Virus record (IMG/VR): IMGVR_UViG_3300025806_000110
Coordinates: 1 to 32,669 of that record
From: a virus
Lineage: Duplodnaviria > Caudoviricetes
Length of the DNA stretch: 32,669 nt
Reading direction: 5' to 3' (one strand)
The notes below the pieces were generated by a model. It made no database searches. It was not told where the DNA came from and saw only the letters and a program-made list of their open reading frames with translations. Position numbers and translations under genes: made by a program. Shown here piece by piece: positions 30,001 through 32,669 of this stretch; position 1 is the stretch's first letter, and each line of letters starts with the position of its first letter.

Positions 30001-31573
30001 GTTTAAGAAGCCTGGAGAGTCTTGGGTTAACGATACTTTGGCTAGCGAGCTTTACGAAATATCTCAAAAAGTTAATAGAAAACAGTTTTTAGAGAACACT
30101 AATTGGAAGAAAAATAAAGATGAAATATTTTCTGAGCAAAACTTAAATAAAATAGAAGCTGAGTATGGCTCTGGTTTTAGAAGTGCTATGGAAGACATGC
30201 TTTACCGTATGGAGACTGGTAGCAACAGAAGTTTTGGAAAAAACAAACTGTTAAATCAATTTAATAACTGGATCAACTCATCTGTTGCCACTGTAATGTT
30301 CTTAAATACAAGATCAGCAGTGCTTCAAACTATATCTGCTATAAACTATATAAATTGGTCTGACAATAACATGCTAGCTGCTGCTAAATCATTTGCTAAT
30401 CAAAAACAGTTTTGGTCAGACTTTACTTTTTTATTCAACTCTGATTACTTAAAAGAACGTCGATCAGGTTTACAAAGTGATATAAACTTAGCTGAACTAC
30501 AGAATGCAATTGCTGGTAAAAGTAATAAAGCAAAAGCTGCTGTAAGTTGGTTACTTCAAAAAGGTTTTACTCCTACTCAAATAGCAGATAGCTTTGCTAT
30601 CGCTATTGGTGGTTCAACTTTTTATCGAAATAGATTAAAATCCTATGAAAACGCGGGATTATCTCTTAAGGAAGCTCAAGAAAAAGCGTTTACTGATTTC
30701 CAAGCTTTAACGGAGACGGCACAGCAGTCTTCAAGACCTGATAAAGTATCTCAGCAACAAGCTGGGCCGCTTGGCCGTTTAATACTAGCTTTTTCAAATA
30801 CTCCGGCACAATATGCTAGAGAGATGAAAAAAGCCTCTCTTGATCTTATAAATGGCCGAGGGGACTGGAAAACTAATATATCTAAGATAGTTTACTACGG
30901 TGCGGTACAAAACTTAATATTTAATACATTACAAACAGCTTTATTCTCTGCGTTGTTTGACGATGACGAAGAAGAAGAAAAGCTTGGTATAAAAAAAGAA
31001 AGAGTTATAAATGGTATGATTGACTCTATATTAAGAGGAACTGGCGTGGCTGGTGCTATAGTTGCAACTACTAAAAACTTAATACTAGAGTTTATGGAGC
31101 AAAATGAAAAAGACTATAACTTTGATTCTGGATCAGTTGTTGTAGAAGCTTTAAACCTATCTCCACCAATTGGATCAAAAGCACGTAAACTTAAAAACGC
31201 TTTAGATACTTGGAAGTACAACAGAAAGTATATGGAAGAGTATGGATTTGATATAAACAACCCAGCTTTAAATGCTGCTTCAAATCTTGTTTCTGCCGCG
31301 ACCAACGTACCTATTGACAGGGTTATTAGGAAGATTCAAAACGTACAAGGTGCTTTAGATAATGAAAATAGAACATGGGAAAGAGTGGCTTTGATATTAG
31401 GTTGGAGCAAGTGGGATGTTGGAATTGAAGATGAAAAACTTGAGCAAGTAAAGGCTCAAGTAAAAGCTCAAGCAAAAGCCGATAAGCAAAACAAAAAAAG
31501 AGATGACGAACCAGTTGGTCGCAGAAAAGCAACTGAAAGAAAAGCAACTGAAAGAAAAGCAACTAAAAGATAA
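24068..31573 (+). CDS. Giant polyvalent internal virion/ejection protein (2501 aa)
   Basis: N-terminal 30-aa duplicated motif; Gly/Ala hydrophobic segments at about 24750-25270; HELLH zincin (26066); sigma-like segment (about 27000-27290); LPD23-like TGW...DGKWGYEI (28391-28470) with HELQH (28901) and AGEVQA; helical C-terminal region. Confidence 0.8.
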   Translation: MEKLYNKLHEQGLYTKSFEEFKVQFNNEESVNKLYNNLHSSGQYTKSQDNFKQQFGFQMGKPQGAQNAVVTAAPGEEQADTTKYTTQLENGFKGSPEEDPMEATRKAREYELNNQTWIERTFDRNPLTEFAGDMYRAAAGGFVAGDVSDEALDLLSGFTSEEDIEEWIEAHEASSKYQQSDEMAEFNRIADEEGVWAFVTKAITEKQSLLKVAPEIMIQSVAQMLGSESALATGGTVVGTGTAIGAVGGLGVLSAGTATAGAIASIPTAYAAAGAVLEAGMSFSGYIDEELQERGLKLNKENVKTLLEDDDFVIAARAKAASRGIIIGAVDRMTAGVGAKVGAKLGASTLKNVGAQVVIESAGGGGGEAAAQLLTEGELEVKEVFLETLGEAPGAGVNIAKTTLQAMLPGEYKIEGQTVGKEEINSAIDKFEDTDFAKTNFDIKNNPALKEKVEKRKTELKEKSEAFEAKQTEIQEQVDIDNKADEAKIKELRSTLKEGPKQPAYDKPTVFTTPTSERYGTVNRQDGKGEVALTEEEYNNEVSLFEQQPTETTKEQQANTLDKIKSLKEGIESRNTNLQESAALLESVKKGYVNEKLGKNIDFAKRYAKFFNLKVIDNLTPEELMDKYSLTKEETETVAGFIDDGTGEIVINKLAALNQVDVNVGSHELLHGIMTSVFKNINEATGIDSKVELVNSFLSTLSTADRKKLTDTIEVKDKKGERIYSEDYLQKNPDEYLTQFSDLINNGEIEFNETTFEQLGDYFTPMFRMFGMKKLKFKDGQDVYNFMKEYQKSIKSGKLHKSFIAATGGSVSGINIQLDEIVPTGSVAAVTKEEEEKVETVTKEEEPVKAEVVTPETKQKQKRQRKPATKKVEAKEEPVVSPRRQAATDMRSIAALTKKEFAELFKDKYKTAREVDVNYENYINQRSKKETKRRRSEKVRFSQKGAPIGDQIKSIVPDGTTKDEYDTFNLIEAYQRLVAGSMLHNVIEKQLRNKGGIMEDQVVDGFLEDVKSNLMERSIMRFNPEKNDDFGGFIIKELTSYSIPNIIKEYKKQGKIVSEDVDVPTRSLDESREGSQPMQVASDQVNQEEQLDIKMQEEAKVEEKTFREKLGIIEEDSPTYNSIFHSVTKVFGTALDQVKPDKVGYRIANRTGLRQKLIEQYRSDIEPQISAILGGSVGSKSYKDFLNNNMEVILEKVPLREFVRMEMKSDEKIFAKLVKKNANPTAIREALAKGQYVKESVSLTAGNNIYEPLSVTQEQFNKFFLKNENRKKSLINRISTEIAFDATIVALQDYDLIDKYNEILEIQGKTVVDNTLAEIGKILERDPRSVRWSKYASPSDKKAFASKVAQLTKELTPKDGKKEIRKAFDKVFANHNWDNNYDELLVNYIDKRLKEETKRKNKRRYSVVGRNANLTGQNKRDKRTAIKMNKNGVDALTIKQKTGWEIVASGEINPMTGEATDGKWGYEINPEIDTIINAVETVAYGIEKNAIKSLTSSSSTADLSSFLSLTNPDKDIVKTLGDLLPERYFEYYPTIANIDVRFSEDYVVGEGSTIFYGDPDVYRQGAPRISSIVIGTKGLLNNRKSGIKGLANAVLTEGADDPVIAMTGSLVHELQHVIQLHEDFVSGASAEMFLTDRAEYLRQRIIDLKIEALDAEQLDDKKMLEATIENLTKEFNPLYTKAFEIYKKVAGEVQAESVFERAFLTEEERRNRLMLEDEFFKGEKINRKDQLSRARALQIVDKQNAKDRLEYPNETSRRFSKGTGSPKKPIQPAKETKSLNSFLNQSAVDDNEFVKDKNKDKKAETVNSQVFNKILEITKGVDRSKKFSKTQAAAKAQKKKRRTFFIPPSAEDFVGLLYAFLAPGKIGEEQYKFFKNNLIDPFNVAMNNLAAARQLLNKKYTALKKKHPVVRKKLYDIIPNMDFTYDQAIRVYLYDLAGFEPKGLNEKELKSIIKFVANNPDVKAFADGIKSITGVEGGFKKPGESWVNDTLASELYEISQKVNRKQFLENTNWKKNKDEIFSEQNLNKIEAEYGSGFRSAMEDMLYRMETGSNRSFGKNKLLNQFNNWINSSVATVMFLNTRSAVLQTISAINYINWSDNNMLAAAKSFANQKQFWSDFTFLFNSDYLKERRSGLQSDINLAELQNAIAGKSNKAKAAVSWLLQKGFTPTQIADSFAIAIGGSTFYRNRLKSYENAGLSLKEAQEKAFTDFQALTETAQQSSRPDKVSQQQAGPLGRLILAFSNTPAQYAREMKKASLDLINGRGDWKTNISKIVYYGAVQNLIFNTLQTALFSALFDDDEEEEKLGIKKERVINGMIDSILRGTGVAGAIVATTKNLILEFMEQNEKDYNFDSGSVVVEALNLSPPIGSKARKLKNALDTWKYNRKYMEEYGFDINNPALNAASNLVSAATNVPIDRVIRKIQNVQGALDNENRTWERVALILGWSKWDVGIEDEKLEQVKAQVKAQAKADKQNKKRDDEPVGRRKATERKATERKATKR
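24244..24288 (+). other. Candidate programmed -1 ribosomal frameshift signal
   Basis: In-frame G_GGA_AAG (24244-24250), 6-nt spacer, then hairpin GGTGCT-CAGAAT-GCGGT-TGTG-ACTGC-GGCACC. Confidence 0.6.
26553..26605 (+). repeat. Short direct repeat in a low-complexity linker (VTKEEE x2)
   Basis: CTGTTACTAAAGAAGAAGAA at 26553 and 26586, period 33 nt. Confidence 0.8.
31523..31567 (+). repeat. 3 x 15-bp tandem repeat encoding RKATE-RKATE-RKATK
   Basis: AGAAAAGCAACTGAA twice, then AGAAAAGCAACTAAA, just before the end of the gene. Confidence 0.9.
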
Positions 31574-31578
31574 ATAAA

Positions 31579-31827
31579 ATGAGTTTTTGGGATATATTTA
31601 AAACAAGAAATAGGTACAACGAAAAAAACATCGTTGGCTTCTTGTCATTTGCAGTGATGTCTGTGTTTGCAACGGTTGACATTATTACCGGTATACTAGG
31701 TAAAGAATTAGTACACAGTGATACTATATTTAACTCATTTGTTATAGTAACACTTGGTGCTTTTGGCATTGCTGAAGCAGGCGCTATTTTTAATAATAAA
31801 AAAGAAAACAAAAATGAAGGTGACTGA
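31579..31827 (+). CDS. Putative holin (two TM helices)
   Basis: 82 aa with two hydrophobic stretches (IVGFLSFAVMSVFATVDII; IFNSFVIVTLGAFGIA) and a charged C-terminus; directly before the endolysin. Confidence 0.65.
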   Translation: MSFWDIFKTRNRYNEKNIVGFLSFAVMSVFATVDIITGILGKELVHSDTIFNSFVIVTLGAFGIAEAGAIFNNKKENKNEGD

Positions 31828-32278
31828 ACATGTTTCTTACAAGGAAGTAATCAAAAGCAACACAGCTACAAGGAAAGGTATAGAAAACATTCCTAGCGGT
31901 GAGCAAATGGAAAAAATTAAGCTACTGTGTGAGAAGGTGTTTGAGCCTCTTAGAAAGCACGTAGGAGGTCCTATAGCTATCAATAGCCTATTTAGAAGTC
32001 CACAACTTAATATAGCTATCGGTGGTGCAGCATCATCACAACACTGCGCAAATAATGGGGCAGCTATGGACATTGATGATACTTATGGTAACATGTCAAA
32101 CGCTGATATGTTTGAGTTTGTAAAAGATAATCTAGATTTTGACCAACTTATATGGGAGTTTGGAACAGATGAAAATCCTGACTGGGTACACGTTTCTTAT
32201 AAAACAAGAGGTAACAGAAAGCAAATACTAAAATGCAACAAAGTAAAAGGAAAAACAGTTTATTCTATTTATTCTTAA
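31814..32278 (+). CDS. Endolysin, peptidase M15A family (154 aa; ATG 31814)
   Basis: INSLFRSPQLN..IGGAASSQH...AMDID...DQLIWE...WVHVSY shows the H-x7-D...H zinc-ligand pattern of LAS/M15 peptidases. Confidence 0.85.
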   Translation: MKVTEHVSYKEVIKSNTATRKGIENIPSGEQMEKIKLLCEKVFEPLRKHVGGPIAINSLFRSPQLNIAIGGAASSQHCANNGAAMDIDDTYGNMSNADMFEFVKDNLDFDQLIWEFGTDENPDWVHVSYKTRGNRKQILKCNKVKGKTVYSIYS

Positions 32279-32669
32279 TACTACTTATTTGTAATTCTTG
32301 TTCTTTAGAAAAAAGACTAGAAAACAAACAGCGTAGGGCAGAACGAAAAATAGAAAAGCTTACTATTAAATACCCGCAGCTTTTAAAGCGTGATACAGTT
32401 AAAGACACATTTAACATTATAACTTCTTCAGTTAAACATGATACATCGTTTATTGACACAACTTCAGATACAACTTATATTTATAAGGATAAACTTAGAA
32501 TTAAGTATATTAGAGTTGGTGATACAACATATATTGAGGGTGAATGCAAGAGTGACACGATTGTACAAACGATTGAGATACCTGTTGAAAGAATAGTAGT
32601 AAGAAAGCAAGGTATAATAGAACAGCTTAGTAAAAATTTAAAAACAATGTTACTTGTAACGTTGTGTAT
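32233..32669 (+). CDS. Putative unimolecular spanin (lipoprotein), 3'-truncated; absent from the supplied ORF track
   Basis: MQQSKRKNSLFYLFLILLICNSC is a basic N-region, hydrophobic core and lipobox-like Cys; beta-rich DT-repeat body; hydrophobic stretch begins at the window end (MLLVTLC); overlaps the endolysin end. Confidence 0.65.
   Translation, partial: MQQSKRKNSLFYLFLILLICNSCSLEKRLENKQRRAERKIEKLTIKYPQLLKRDTVKDTFNIITSSVKHDTSFIDTTSDTTYIYKDKLRIKYIRVGDTTYIEGECKSDTIVQTIEIPVERIVVRKQGIIEQLSKNLKTMLLVTLC

Noticed and set aside
24068-31573. Virion RNA polymerase in the giant protein
   Set aside because: No DxDGD/DFDID double-psi barrel motif or T7/N4-type polymerase motif was recognised.
58-32459. 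Numerous minus-strand and nested plus-strand ORFs in the track (e.g. 25180-25794, 12763-13173, 26544-26756, 10821-11036)
   Set aside because: They lie wholly within long plus-strand genes, have the S/F/L-rich composition of antisense or shifted shadows, and lack start contexts.
1-32669. Stop-codon reassignment as in some crAss-like phages
   Set aside because: Long ORFs are intact in code 11, TAG (12608) and TGA (2942, 21349, 21945) act as stops at gene junctions, and the one split gene ends in TAA.

Overview
This window is the all-plus-strand virion, packaging and lysis block of a tailed dsDNA phage, most likely a podovirus of Bacteroidota (Flavobacteriia-like host). Host evidence is a canonical TTTG-N21-TAnnTTTG promoter, A-rich Shine-Dalgarno-less starts, and a lipoprotein spanin with D-T-x motifs. 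Gene order: 5'-truncated tail fibre, lectin-like receptor-binding module, small conserved genes, GroES-like co-chaperonin, probable TerS, TerL, portal, scaffold, major capsid protein, capsid-associated protein, two basic disordered proteins, two head-tail ring proteins, a split tail nozzle/stabilisation gene set, a cupin, three probable ejection proteins (the last a 2501-aa polyvalent protein), then holin, M15A endolysin and a 3'-truncated u-spanin. The layout and protein sizes are reminiscent of crAss-like and marine flavobacterial phages, but no virion RNA polymerase motif was seen. Most notable: (i) an in-frame G_GGA_AAG slippery site plus a GC-rich hairpin near the start of the giant protein, predicting a -1 frameshift to a 107-aa Cys-rich product; (ii) a sigma70 region-2-like domain and two HExxH peptidases inside that protein, with modules bounded by recurring R-[FWY]-S motifs, suggesting an injected self-processing polyprotein that may deliver a sigma-like factor; (iii) a tail gene split by an 11-nt three-frame stop cassette; (iv) a lysine-rich micro-ORF overprinted in the scaffold gene. 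All assignments come from reading motifs by eye; no searches were run.
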